In this document: positions 10,262 through 19,593 of the stretch, one piece after another | How the letters are laid out: each line of letters starts with the position of its first letter | Position numbering within the stretch: the first letter of the stretch is position 1 | From: Deltaproteobacteria bacterium | GTDB lineage: Bacteria; Myxococcota_A; UBA9160; PR03 | Assembly (NCBI GenBank): GCA_035063765.1 | Contig: JAPSFT010000011.1 | Span: forward strand, 64,854 to 128,853 | Length of the DNA: 64,000 nt | Direction of reading: 5' to 3' | The notes under the pieces: generated by a model | The model's database searches: none | What the model was told of the DNA's origin: nothing | Seen by the model: only the letters and a program-made list of their open reading frames with translations | Program-made: the position numbers and the translations under genes

Positions 10262-11476
10262 ATGCCCGCGATCACGATCTACTCCAAGCAGACCTGTCCC
10301 TATTGCGACATGGCCAAGCGCCTGCTCGCGGGGAAGGGCCAGACCTGGACCGAGATCGACATCGAGGCGGACCCGGCGCAGCGCGACGCGATGATCCGGC
10401 GCAGCGGCCGGCGCACGGTGCCCCAGATCTGGATCGGCGAGCGCCACGTCGGGGGCTTCGACGACCTGGCCGCGCTCGAGCGCGCCGGCGAGCTCGATCC
10501 GCTCCTCGGGGTCCACGCCGGGGGCCCCGGCGCGGCCGGTGCCCCGCCCGAGCACGTGAAGCTCGTGATCGTGGGCTCCGGCCCGGCCGGCTGGACGGCG
10601 GCGATCTACGCGGCGCGCGCGGAGCTCCAGCCCGTGGTCGTGGCCGGCCTCGCGGTCGGCGGCCAGCTCATGCTGACCAGCGACGTCGAGAACTACCCGG
10701 GCTTCCCCGAGGCGGTGGCGGGCCCGGAGATGATGGAGCGCTTCCAGAGGCAGGCCGAGCGCTTCGGCGCGCGCGTCTACCAGGAGGACGTGGTCCGGCT
10801 CGACCTCGCGCAGCGACCCTTCCGCATCGAGACCGAGGAGCGGCGCTTCACCGCCGACGCGCTGATCGTCGCGACCGGCGCCAGCGCCAAGTGGCTCGGG
10901 ATCCCGTCGGAGCAGCGGCTCATGAGCCGGGGCCTCTCGGCCTGCGCCACCTGCGACGGGGCGCTCTACCGGGGCAAGGCGATGGCCGTGGTCGGGGGCG
11001 GCGACACCGCGATGGAGGAGGCGCTCTTCCTCACCCGCTACGCCACCAAGGTGACGGTGATCCACCGCCGCAACGAGCTGCGCGCCTCGAAGATCATGCA
11101 GGAGCGCGCCCGCAAGCACGAGAAGATCGAGTTCGTCTGGAACGCCGTCGTCGACGAGGTGCTGGGCGAGGAGTTCGTGACCGGGGTGCGGCTGCGCGAC
11201 GTCGAGACCGGCGCGAAGCGCGAGATCCCCGTCGAGGCCGTCTTCGTGGCGATCGGGCACGAGCCCAACACCGCCCTGGTGAAGGGCCAGCTCGACACCG
11301 ATCCCGTCGGCTACATCCGCTTGAAGCCCGGCTCCACCTACACCTCGGTCGAGGGCGTGTTCGCGTGCGGCGATGCCACCGATCCCGTCTACCGGCAGGC
11401 GGTCACCGCCGCGGGCACGGGCTGCATGGCGGCGATCGACGCCGAACGCTGGCTCGCCGCCCGGGGCATCCACTAG
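10262..11476 (+). CDS. trxB: Glutaredoxin-thioredoxin reductase fusion protein
   Basis: 404-aa ORF. Residues 1-~85 are a glutaredoxin (ITIYSKQTCPYCDMAKRLL with a CPYC site; TVPQIWIGERHVGGFDDL). The rest is TrxB: the FAD site VIVGSGPAGWTAAIYAARA, the redox CATCDG, the NADPH site VVGGGDTAMEEA, and ACGDATD. Confidence 0.9.
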   Translation: MPAITIYSKQTCPYCDMAKRLLAGKGQTWTEIDIEADPAQRDAMIRRSGRRTVPQIWIGERHVGGFDDLAALERAGELDPLLGVHAGGPGAAGAPPEHVKLVIVGSGPAGWTAAIYAARAELQPVVVAGLAVGGQLMLTSDVENYPGFPEAVAGPEMMERFQRQAERFGARVYQEDVVRLDLAQRPFRIETEERRFTADALIVATGASAKWLGIPSEQRLMSRGLSACATCDGALYRGKAMAVVGGGDTAMEEALFLTRYATKVTVIHRRNELRASKIMQERARKHEKIEFVWNAVVDEVLGEEFVTGVRLRDVETGAKREIPVEAVFVAIGHEPNTALVKGQLDTDPVGYIRLKPGSTYTSVEGVFACGDATDPVYRQAVTAAGTGCMAAIDAERWLAARGIH

Positions 11477-11493
11477 CCGGAGCGCGCACCGCG

Positions 11494-12567
11494 ATGGCCC
11501 TCACCCGCGAACGACTCGAGCAGCTGATCGCGCGCTCCACCGACATCGTGGTGGGCACCGACCGCAAGGGCGTCGTCGTCTACTACAACGACGGCGCGAG
11601 CCGGATCCTCGGCTACAAGTCCGAGGAGATCCTCGGCCAGTTCGTCGCGAAGCTCTATCCGAGCCTCGAGGAGGCGCGCCGCGTGATGGCGGCGATGCGC
11701 AGCCCCGAGCACGGCGGGCCCGGCCGGGCCGTGTACCTGCGCACCACCTTCCTGTCGAAGGCCGGCGAGCAGATCCCGGTCGCGATCTCGGGCACGATCC
11801 TGCACGACGAGCGCGGCCGCGAGGACGGCACGATCGGCTTCGCCAAGGACCTGCGCGAGATCCTCCAGCGCGACCAGCTCGCCACCCTCGGCGAGGTGGC
11901 GATCGGCCTCTCCCACGAGATCAACAATCCGCTCGCGGTGATCCTGAACCAGGCGGAGCTGCTCGAGCGCGACGTCGAGCGCCTGTCGGGCGAGGTCGAC
12001 TGCTCGGTCGAGAGCGAGCGCCTCGACGCGATCCGGCGCGAAGTGGCGCGCATCTCGGAGATCGTCGAGCGGCTCGGCGAGATGGCGGCCGGCGACAAGT
12101 ACGAGACCGTCGAGTACGTCGGCCCCGCGCGCATGGTCGACCTGCGCCCGCACCGGCCCGGCTCGCACGAGCCCGACCCGCGGCTTGCCGGGGCGCGCAT
12201 CCTGATCGCCGACGACGACCTCGGCATCCGTAAGTCGCTCGGTGAGCTGCTGGCGGGCGAAGGCTGCGTGGTCGAGACGGCGGCCGACGGCGTGGAGGCG
12301 CTCGAGAAGATCGAGCGCGACGGCTTCGACGTCCTGATCAGCGACGTCGTGATGCCGCGCATGGACGGCTACGAGCTCTTCAGCGCCGTCCGCCGGCGCT
12401 ACCCGCGGCTGCCCGTGCTGATGATGACCGCCTTCCACTACGACCGCGACCACGTGATCAAGCGCAGTCGCGTCGAGGGGCTCGAGGGCGTGATCTTCAA
12501 GAAGCCGGTGGACCCGGACCGGCTGCGCGAGAAGCTCGTCGAAGCGCTGGCCACCCGGCGCGGCTGA
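11494..12567 (+). CDS. PAS - HisKA(DHp) - receiver protein lacking an HATPase_c domain
   Basis: This is the in-frame C-terminal part of the spurious 8656..12567 ORF, and I start it at ATG 11494 (MALTRERLEQLIARSTDIVVGTD...). The PAS block is VVVYYNDGASRILGYKSEEILG. The H-box is LATLGEVAIGLSHEINNPLAVI. The receiver is ILIADDDLGIR...VLISDVVMPRMDG...IFKKPV. There is no N/G1/G2 ATP-binding box between the DHp and the receiver. Confidence 0.8.
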   Translation: MALTRERLEQLIARSTDIVVGTDRKGVVVYYNDGASRILGYKSEEILGQFVAKLYPSLEEARRVMAAMRSPEHGGPGRAVYLRTTFLSKAGEQIPVAISGTILHDERGREDGTIGFAKDLREILQRDQLATLGEVAIGLSHEINNPLAVILNQAELLERDVERLSGEVDCSVESERLDAIRREVARISEIVERLGEMAAGDKYETVEYVGPARMVDLRPHRPGSHEPDPRLAGARILIADDDLGIRKSLGELLAGEGCVVETAADGVEALEKIERDGFDVLISDVVMPRMDGYELFSAVRRRYPRLPVLMMTAFHYDRDHVIKRSRVEGLEGVIFKKPVDPDRLREKLVEALATRRG

Positions 12568-12654
12568 GAAGCGACGAGAAGAGCCCCGTCTCCTGACGAG
12601 CGGGCCCCGTGGGCTTCCCGAACGGCGCGGGCGACGCCCCGCCGCGGCGCAGGG

Positions 12655-13323
12655 CTACTCGGCCCGCGCCACGCAGACCGCGACGACGCGCCGGGCGCCG
12701 GCGCGGCGCAGCGCGCGGGCGCAGGCGCACAGGGTGGCGCCGGTCGTCGCGACGTCGTCCACGAGCGCGACGCAGGCGGGCGGCGCGAAGCCCGCGCGCG
12801 CCGCGAAGGCGCCGCGCACGTTGCGCCGGCGCGCCCCGCGGTCGAGGCCGGTCTGGCTCGGGATCTCGCGCAGCACGACGAGCGCGTCGAGGGCGACCGG
12901 CGCGCCGAGCCGGCGCCCGGCCGCGGACGCGAGCACGCCGGCCGGGTGGAAGCCCCGCGCGCGGCGGCGGCGGGGGTGCATCGGCACCGGGACGACCAGC
13001 GCCGGCGCGAGGGCGGCCGCGCGGGCCGCCGCGTCGCGGGCCAGGGCCTCGACGAGCGCGAGCGGCCGGGCGTCGAGCCCGGCCAGGCCCCGTGCGGGGT
13101 ACTTGAAGCGCTGGATCCAGGCCTCGATCTCGCCCGCGTAGGCCACCTCCGCGCACCAGGCGGCGAGGGGGGCCGGCGGCGCCGGCGCGAGGCCGGGCGG
13201 CAGCCGCGGGAGGGCTCCGCGACAGGGAGCGCAGAGCGCCGTCCCGGCCGCGAGCGAGCGCCCGCAGCGCGCGCACGCGCGCGGCAGCAGGAGGTCGAGG
13301 AACGCGGCGGCGAGCGAGCGCAG
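12655..13323 (-). CDS. comF: ComF/GntX family phosphoribosyltransferase-like protein
   Basis: The track ORF 12655..13146 has the PRT-type motif CVALVDDVATTGATL. The same frame stays open upstream to the gpmI stop. That extension encodes the ComF zinc-finger region ...LLDLLLPRACARCGRSLAAGTALCAPCRGAL.... No ATG/GTG/TTG lies in that extension, so I placed the start at CTG 13323. The start is uncertain. Confidence 0.7.
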   Translation of the reverse strand: MRSLAAAFLDLLLPRACARCGRSLAAGTALCAPCRGALPRLPPGLAPAPPAPLAAWCAEVAYAGEIEAWIQRFKYPARGLAGLDARPLALVEALARDAAARAAALAPALVVPVPMHPRRRRARGFHPAGVLASAAGRRLGAPVALDALVVLREIPSQTGLDRGARRRNVRGAFAARAGFAPPACVALVDDVATTGATLCACARALRRAGARRVVAVCVARAE

Positions 13324-13359
13324 GATCCGGGGCTCCGCGGGACCGCGGGGCGAGGGGTC

Positions 13360-14895
13360 TCAGGCCGGGACGAGCAGGCTGCGGCCGGTCATCTCGGGCG
13401 GGACGGGCAGCCCGAGCAGCTCGAGGATCGTGGGCGCGAGGTCCGCGAGGCCGCCGTCGCGCAGCCGGCGCCCGCGCGGATCCGCGGTGACCCACCAGAT
13501 CGGCACCGGATTGGTCGTGTGCGCGGTGTGGGGGCCGCCGGTCGCGGGGTCGATCATCTGCTCGCAGTTGCCGTGGTCGGCGGTGACGAGCGCCTGGCCG
13601 CCCTGCGCGAGCAGCTTCCCGAGGACCCGCTCGAGGCACTGGTCGATCGTCTCGACCGCCTTCACCGCGGCCGGCAGGACGCCCGTGTGCCCGACCATGT
13701 CGGGATTCGCGAAGTTCACGAGCACGAAGGCGTAGTCGCGCTCGGCGAGCTTCTCGAGGATCGCGCGGGTCAGGACGGGAGCGCTCATCTCGGGCTTGTG
13801 GTCGTAGGTGGCGACGTCGCGGGGCGACGGGATCAGCACGCGCTCCTCGCCCTCGAAGGGCTCCTCGCGCCCGCTGTTGAAGAAGAAGGTGACGTGCGCG
13901 TACTTCTCGGTCTCCGCCATGCGGAGCTGCGGGAGGCGCGCCGCCGCGAGGATCTCGCCCAGGATGTGGCGCGTGGTCTGGGTGCCGAAGGCGACCGGCA
14001 GCCCGAACTCCGCGTCGTATTCGGTCATGCACACGAAGAGGGCCGGCTGCACGCCGACGCGCCGCTCGAGCTGGCCCTCGAAGCGGCGCGGCGCCGCGCT
14101 GGTGAGCGCGTTGGTGAGCTCGCGGGCGCGGTCGGCGCGGAAGTTGAAGAAGAGCGCGACGTCGCCGTCCGCGAAGGCCTCGCCGCCCTCCACGACGGTG
14201 GGCTGCACGAACTCGTCGCCCTCGTCGCGCGCGTAGGCGGCCTCGACGGCGGCCTCGGCGCTCGCCGCGGTCAGTCCCTCGCGGGCGACGATCGCGTGGT
14301 AGGCGCGCGCGATGCGCTCCCAGCGGTCGTCGCGGTCCATCGCCCAGTGGCGCCCGATCACGGTGGCGACCTGGCCGCCGGCCGCCGCGAGCTGCGGCGT
14401 CACCTGCCCGAGGTAGCCGAGCCCCGAGCGCGGCGGCGTGTCGCGCCCGTCGAGGAAGGCGTGCAGCACGGGCCGCACGCCTGCGCGCCCGCAGGCGGCG
14501 AGCAGCGCGAGCAGGTGGTCGAGGTGACTGTGGACGCCACCGTCGGAGACGAGGCCGAGGAGGTGCAGGCAGCCGCGGCCCGCGCGAGCGGCGGCGAGCG
14601 CCCGGGCGATCGCCGGCACGCCCTCGGGCCCGACCTCCGCGAAGGTCTTCGAGATGCGCGTGATGTCCTGGTACAGGATGCGCCCCGCGCCCATCGTCAT
14701 GTGACCCACCTCGGAGTTGCCCATCTGGCCCGGCGGCAGGCCGACGGCCGCGCCCGAGGTCTCGATCCGCGCGTGCGGGTAGAGCCGGTTCGCCCGCGCG
14801 AAGAAGGGCGCGTGCGCCGCGGCGGTCGCGTCGCCGGGGCCGCCGTCGCCGAGGCCGAAGCCGTCGAGCACCACCAGCATCACGGGGCCCGTCAC
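13360..14895 (-). CDS. gpmI: 2,3-bisphosphoglycerate-independent phosphoglycerate mutase
   Basis: In frame 13360..15300 I start at GTG 14895 (VTGPVMLVVLDGFGLGDG...), which overlaps the rsfS stop (GTGA). Conserved blocks are MGNSEVGHMTMGAGR, LHLLGLVSDGGVHSH, NFANPDMVGHTG and TADHGNCE. Confidence 0.9.
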   Translation of the reverse strand: MTGPVMLVVLDGFGLGDGGPGDATAAAHAPFFARANRLYPHARIETSGAAVGLPPGQMGNSEVGHMTMGAGRILYQDITRISKTFAEVGPEGVPAIARALAAARAGRGCLHLLGLVSDGGVHSHLDHLLALLAACGRAGVRPVLHAFLDGRDTPPRSGLGYLGQVTPQLAAAGGQVATVIGRHWAMDRDDRWERIARAYHAIVAREGLTAASAEAAVEAAYARDEGDEFVQPTVVEGGEAFADGDVALFFNFRADRARELTNALTSAAPRRFEGQLERRVGVQPALFVCMTEYDAEFGLPVAFGTQTTRHILGEILAAARLPQLRMAETEKYAHVTFFFNSGREEPFEGEERVLIPSPRDVATYDHKPEMSAPVLTRAILEKLAERDYAFVLVNFANPDMVGHTGVLPAAVKAVETIDQCLERVLGKLLAQGGQALVTADHGNCEQMIDPATGGPHTAHTTNPVPIWWVTADPRGRRLRDGGLADLAPTILELLGLPVPPEMTGRSLLVPA

Positions 14896-15260
14896 GGCGC
14901 GGCCTGCTCCGCCCGCGCCGGCAACCCCTCGATGTGCGGGGCGTCGCTCCACAGCCGCTCGATGTCGTAGTGCAGGCGGGTCTCGGGCGTGAAGACGTGC
15001 ACGATCACGTCGTCGAGGTCGATCAGCACCCAGCGCCCTTCGGCGTAGCCCTCGATCCCGAGCGGCGGCTCGCCGGCCTCCCGGGCGGCCGCTTCGACGG
15101 AGTCGGCGATCGCGCGCACCTGGCGGTCCGAGCGGCCCGTGCACACGACGAAGACGTCGGCGAACGAGGAGAGCTCCTTCACGTCGAGCGCCACCACCGC
15201 CTCCGCCTTCACCTCGAGCGCCGCTTCCACGGCCTTGCGGGTCTTCTCTGCGGAGGTCAT
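14892..15260 (-). CDS. rsfS: Ribosome silencing factor RsfS
   Basis: 122 aa starting MTSAEKTRKAVEAALEVKAEAVVALDVKELSSFADVFVVCTGRSDRQVRAIAD...WVLIDLDDVIVHVF. The ATG at 15260 overlaps the nadD stop (ATGA). Confidence 0.9.
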   Translation of the reverse strand: MTSAEKTRKAVEAALEVKAEAVVALDVKELSSFADVFVVCTGRSDRQVRAIADSVEAAAREAGEPPLGIEGYAEGRWVLIDLDDVIVHVFTPETRLHYDIERLWSDAPHIEGLPARAEQAAP

Positions 15261-15955
15261 CGGCTGGCGCGCACTCCCCGGGAGCTCCCCGTGTCGCCAT
15301 AGAGGCCGCTCGCCCGGACGGCGTCGCGAACGGCCTCGGGGAGGAGATAGCGCACGGATCGGCCCTCGCGCAGGCGCCGGCGCAGGTCCGACGCGGAGAG
15401 GTCGAGCCCGGCGATCTCCACGAGCCGCAGCCAGGTGCCGGCGCTGCGGTGAAGGCCCGAGCGGCCGTCGGCGGCGATCTCGAAGAGGTCGCGCACCGCC
15501 TCGGGGAGCCACTGCGCGAGATGGCCCGTGCGCAGCGGCGGGCGCGGCGTCACCGCGAAGTGGGCGAGCCCGAAGAGCTCGCGGGGGGAGCGCCAGCCGC
15601 CCATCTCGGCGAAGGCGTCGGAGCCGACCAGGAAGACCGGCTCCTCGCCGGCGGCGCGCAGGCGCTCGCGCAGGGCCGTGAGCGTGTCGACGAGGTACGA
15701 GGGGCCGCCGCGCTCGATCTCGATCGCCTCGACCGCGAAGCGCGGGTTGTCGGCCACCGCGAGCCGGACCCAGGCGAGGCGCTCGGCACCGGGCGCGATC
15801 GGGTCGCCGCCCTCGCCGGCCTTGTGGGGAGGCACCGCGCTCGGCACGAAGAGCACGCGCGCGAGACCGAGCGCCTCGGCCATCTCCTCGGCCGCCCGCA
15901 GGTGGCCGAGGTGGATCGGGTTGAAGGTGCCGCCGTAGACGCCGACCGGCTGCAA
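15257..15955 (-). CDS. nadD: Nicotinate-nucleotide adenylyltransferase
   Basis: 232-aa ORF with GVYGGTFNPIHLGHL (the HxGH nucleotidyltransferase motif) and a conserved position upstream of rsfS. Confidence 0.9.
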   Translation of the reverse strand: MQPVGVYGGTFNPIHLGHLRAAEEMAEALGLARVLFVPSAVPPHKAGEGGDPIAPGAERLAWVRLAVADNPRFAVEAIEIERGGPSYLVDTLTALRERLRAAGEEPVFLVGSDAFAEMGGWRSPRELFGLAHFAVTPRPPLRTGHLAQWLPEAVRDLFEIAADGRSGLHRSAGTWLRLVEIAGLDLSASDLRRRLREGRSVRYLLPEAVRDAVRASGLYGDTGSSRGVRASR

Positions 15956-15957
15956 GG

Positions 15958-17226
15958 TCAGTCGGGCCGCAGCTGGCCGTCACCGAAGAGCACGAACTTC
16001 TGCGTGGTGAGCCCCTCGAGCCCCATCGGGCCGTAGGCGTGCAGCTTCGAGGTGGAGATGCCGATCTCGGCGCCGAGCCCGAGCCGGTAGCCGTCCGCGT
16101 AGGCGGTCGAGCAGTTGACCCCGACCGTGGAGGAGTCGATGCGGCGCACGAAGGCCTGCGACGCCGCGTAGTCGCGGGTCACGATCACCTCGGTGTGGCT
16201 GCTGCCCCAGGTGCGGATGTGGTCGATCGCGGCGTCGAGGCCGTCGACGACGCGCACCGCGAGGATCGGCGCCAGGTACTCGGCAGCCCAGTCCTCGTCG
16301 GAGGCGGGCTTCGCCGCCGGGAAGAGCGCCCTGGTGGCGGCGCAGCCGCGCAGCTCGACGCCTTCGGCGGCGAGCGCGCCGAGCACGCGCGGCAGCAACG
16401 CGGGCGCGGCCTCCCGGTGCACGAGCAGCGTCTCGAGGCCGTTGCAGACCTCCATCTGGCGCAGCTTCGAGTCGAGGACGATCGCGGTCGCCATCTCCGG
16501 GTCCGCGCTGGCGTCGAGGTACACGTGACACACGCCAGCGTCGTGCTTGATGACGGGGATCGTCGAGGTCTCGCTCACCTTGCGGATCAGCCCGGGGCCG
16601 CCGCGCGGGATCACGAGGTCGATCTCGCGGTCGCGGCGCAGCAGGAGGTCGATCGCGGCGCGGTCGGTGGTCGGCACGATCGCGACGGCGTCCTCGGGTA
16701 CGCCCGTGTCGCGGGCGGCCGCGCGCAGCTCGGCGCCGAGCGCGAGGTTGGAGCGGATCGCCTCCGAGCCGCCGCGCAGGATCACCGCGTTGCCGGCCTT
16801 CAGGCACAGCGCCGCCGCGTCCACCGTCACGTTCGGGCGCGACTCGTAGATGATCGCGACGACCCCGAGCGGGATGCGCATGCGGCCGACGCGCAGCCCG
16901 TTCGGCCGCACCCACATGCCGGTGATCTCGCCGGCCGGGTCGGGCAGCGCGGCCACGTCGCGCAGGCCGGCCAGCATCGTGCTCCACTTGCCGCCCTCGA
17001 GCGCGAGGCGCTTCACCATCGCGGGCTCGAGACCCGCGCGCTCGGCCTCGGCCCGGTCGGCGCGGTTGGCGGCGAGGATCGCCTCGCGCGCGGCCTCGAG
17101 GCGTTCGGCGGCGCGCAGCAGCCAGGCGTCCTTGCGGTCGCGGGTGAGCTCGGCCGTGCGCCGCGAGGCGGCGCGCGCGGCGAGCGCGAGGTCGGCGATC
17201 GTCTTCTCGAGCGCGGGGTCGGCCAT
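15958..17226 (-). CDS. proA: Glutamate-5-semialdehyde dehydrogenase
   Basis: 422-aa ORF with full-length ProA character (IPLGVVAIIYESRPNVTVDAAALCLKAGNAVILRGGSEA; EVCNGLETLLVH; GSSHTEVIVT). Confidence 0.95.
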   Translation of the reverse strand: MADPALEKTIADLALAARAASRRTAELTRDRKDAWLLRAAERLEAAREAILAANRADRAEAERAGLEPAMVKRLALEGGKWSTMLAGLRDVAALPDPAGEITGMWVRPNGLRVGRMRIPLGVVAIIYESRPNVTVDAAALCLKAGNAVILRGGSEAIRSNLALGAELRAAARDTGVPEDAVAIVPTTDRAAIDLLLRRDREIDLVIPRGGPGLIRKVSETSTIPVIKHDAGVCHVYLDASADPEMATAIVLDSKLRQMEVCNGLETLLVHREAAPALLPRVLGALAAEGVELRGCAATRALFPAAKPASDEDWAAEYLAPILAVRVVDGLDAAIDHIRTWGSSHTEVIVTRDYAASQAFVRRIDSSTVGVNCSTAYADGYRLGLGAEIGISTSKLHAYGPMGLEGLTTQKFVLFGDGQLRPD

Positions 17227-17282
17227 CGGTCCTAGCTCTCCGCTCCTCGCTCTCCGGCCTTCGGTCCGCGGCCGTCGGGCCG

Positions 17283-18413
17283 TCAGTCCCCGGCCACCAG
17301 CACGAGGTCGTCGCGATGGATCACCTCGCTGCCGTTCGAGTACCCTAGCACCGCCTCGATCTGGCGCGTCGAGAGCCCGCGGATCCGCGCCACGTCGCGC
17401 GCCGAGTAGGCGACCAGTCCGCGCGCCACCTCGCGGCCCGCGGGATCGGTGCAGCGCACCGGGTCGCCGATGCCGAACTCGCCGGCCACCGCCGTGATGC
17501 CCGCCGGCAGCAGGCTGCGCCCGCGCTCCTGGAGCGCCTGGGCCGCGCCCGCGTCGAGGCGCAGCTCGCCGCGCGGGCGCGCGGTGAAGGCGAGCCAGTG
17601 CTTGCGGCTGCCGAGCCGGCGCGCGGGCTCGGGCAGGAAGAGCGTGCCCTCCGCCTCGCCCGCCGCGATCCGCTCCAGGACGCCGCGGCGCCGGCCGTTC
17701 GCGATCACCGTCGCGGCGCCCGAGAGCGCGGCGGTCCGCGCCGCCTCGAGCTTCGTGATCATCCCGCCGCGCCCGAAGGCGTGGTCGCTGCCGCCCGCGG
17801 CGCGCTCGATCTCGGGCGTGATGCGCTCGACCACGTCCCAGCGTGCGGGCCGCGGGTTGTCCGCCGAGGGCGCCTCGCGGTACAGGCCGTCCACGTCGGT
17901 GAGCAGCACCAGCAGCTCGGCCGCCACCAGGTTCACGACGTTCGCCGACAGGTTGTCGTTGTCGCCGAAGCGGATCTCCTCGGTCGAGGTGGTGTCGTTC
18001 TCGTTGACGATCGGAACCACGCCGAGCCCGAGCAGCGTGAGGAGCGTGCGGCGCGCGTTCAGGAAGCGCTCGCGGTCCTCGAGCCCGATCCGGGTCACGA
18101 GCACCTGCGCCACCTGCCGGCCGCGCCGGGCGAAGCCGACCCGGTAGCGCTCCATCAGCGCGATCTGGCCGACGGCCGCCGCCGCCTGCTTCTCCGGGAT
18201 CGAGCGGCCGGGGTGCGACCAGCCGAGCCGGTGCGAGCCCATCGCGATCGCGCCCGACGAGACCACCACCACCTGGCGGCCCTCGTCCGTGAGCGCGGCC
18301 ACCTGGCGGATCAGCTCCGTGAAGACGCGCGGCCGCACGGCGCCCGCGGCGGTCAGGATCGAGCTGCCCACCTTGACGACGATGCGCCGCGCGCGGCGCG
18401 CCGCAGCCCTCAT
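17283..18413 (-). CDS. proB: Glutamate 5-kinase (with PUA domain)
   Basis: In frame 17283..18683 I start at ATG 18413 (MRAAARRARRIVVKVGSSILT...), which overlaps the obg stop (ATGA). It has the amino-acid kinase core and a C-terminal PUA-like region (GDPVRCTDPAGREVARGLV). Confidence 0.9.
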   Translation of the reverse strand: MRAAARRARRIVVKVGSSILTAAGAVRPRVFTELIRQVAALTDEGRQVVVVSSGAIAMGSHRLGWSHPGRSIPEKQAAAAVGQIALMERYRVGFARRGRQVAQVLVTRIGLEDRERFLNARRTLLTLLGLGVVPIVNENDTTSTEEIRFGDNDNLSANVVNLVAAELLVLLTDVDGLYREAPSADNPRPARWDVVERITPEIERAAGGSDHAFGRGGMITKLEAARTAALSGAATVIANGRRRGVLERIAAGEAEGTLFLPEPARRLGSRKHWLAFTARPRGELRLDAGAAQALQERGRSLLPAGITAVAGEFGIGDPVRCTDPAGREVARGLVAYSARDVARIRGLSTRQIEAVLGYSNGSEVIHRDDLVLVAGD

Positions 18414-19489
18414 CGCGCCGCCTCCGCGGCCGCGGCGCTCGCCGCGTCGGCCTCGTCGAGGGCGCGCAGCATCGCGAAGCGCAGCGCGTCGAGGCCCTCG
18501 CCGGTGGCGCCCGACACGCAGAGCACGCGGCGGCCGCGCGCGCGCAGCGCCGCCTCGAGCGGCCCGAGGCGCGCCGCCCGCTCGTCCTCCGGGATCAGGT
18601 CGAGCTTGTTCAAGGCCACGATCTCCGTCCGCCCGGCGAGCTCCGCCGCATAGGCGCCGAGCTCCGCGCGGATCGTCTCCCAATCGGCCAGCGGCGCCAG
18701 GGGCTCGCGCCCTTCGAGCGCGGCCGTGCCGGCGTCGACGAGGTGCACGAGCACGCGCGTGCGCTCGGCGTGACGCAGGAAGCGGTCGCCGAGCCCCGCC
18801 CCGCGGCTCGCGCCCTCCACGAGGCCGGGCAGGTCCGCCGCCACGAAGCGGCGCGCGCCGGCCTCGACGACCCCGAGCGACGGCACGAGCGTCGTGAAGG
18901 GATAGGCGCCGACCCGCGGGCGGGCGGCCGAGAGCCGGCGCAGGAGCGTCGACTTGCCCGCGTTCGGAAGCCCGACGAAGCCCACGTCCGCGAGCAGCTT
19001 CAGCGCGAGACGCAGCCGGCGCGCTTCGCCGGGCCGGCCGTCCTCGGCGCGGTCGGGGGCCTGCCGGGTGGGGGTCGCGAAGCTCATGTTCCCGCGCCCG
19101 CCGCGCCCGCCGCGCGCCACCACCACCCGCTGCCCGTGCTCGACGAGGTCGGCGAGCGGCGCCGCGCCGGCGGCCGCGCCCGCGTCGTGGACGAGGGTTC
19201 CCACCGGGAGCCGCAGCTCGGCGTCCGCGCCGGCGCGTCCGTCGCGCTGGTTGCCGCCGCCGTGGGCGCCGTCCTGCGCCCGCACGAGCGGCCGCAGCTT
19301 CTGGTCGATCAGGGTCGAGAGCCCGCGGTCGGCCACCAGCACGACGTCGCCGCCGCGCCCGCCGCCGCCGCCGTCGGGCCCGCCGCGCGGCACGAACTTC
19401 TCGCGCCGGAAGCTCACGCAGCCGTTCCCGCCGCTGCCCGCGGCGACCTCGACCACGGCCTCGTCGATGAAGGAGTCGGGGGAGTTCAT
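18410..19489 (-). CDS. obgE: GTPase Obg/CgtA
   Basis: 359-aa ORF. It has the Obg fold (FIDEAVVEVAAGSGGNGCVSFRREKF, glycine-rich GGPDGGGGGRGG) and the G domain (GLPNAGKSTLL, DLPGLVEGAS, NKLD). Confidence 0.95.
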   Translation of the reverse strand: MNSPDSFIDEAVVEVAAGSGGNGCVSFRREKFVPRGGPDGGGGGRGGDVVLVADRGLSTLIDQKLRPLVRAQDGAHGGGNQRDGRAGADAELRLPVGTLVHDAGAAAGAAPLADLVEHGQRVVVARGGRGGRGNMSFATPTRQAPDRAEDGRPGEARRLRLALKLLADVGFVGLPNAGKSTLLRRLSAARPRVGAYPFTTLVPSLGVVEAGARRFVAADLPGLVEGASRGAGLGDRFLRHAERTRVLVHLVDAGTAALEGREPLAPLADWETIRAELGAYAAELAGRTEIVALNKLDLIPEDERAARLGPLEAALRARGRRVLCVSGATGEGLDALRFAMLRALDEADAASAAAAEAAR

Positions 19490-19593
19490 GGGCCTGCCGC
19501 GAGCCAGCGTAGCGGGTGCGCCGCGTGGCGGAGGCGAGCGGGGATCCGGCGCGCGCGAAGCCCCGGCCCGAGCCGGCGCCCGGGCGGGAAGCG

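Noticed and set aside
8656-12567. 1303-aa ORF, one of the longest in the track
   Set aside because: Most of it is Arg/Ala/Pro/Gly-rich shadow translation overlapping well-supported genes in other frames (the membrane protein and Grx-TrxR). Only its last 358 codons, from ATG 11494, look like a real protein (PAS-DHp-REC).
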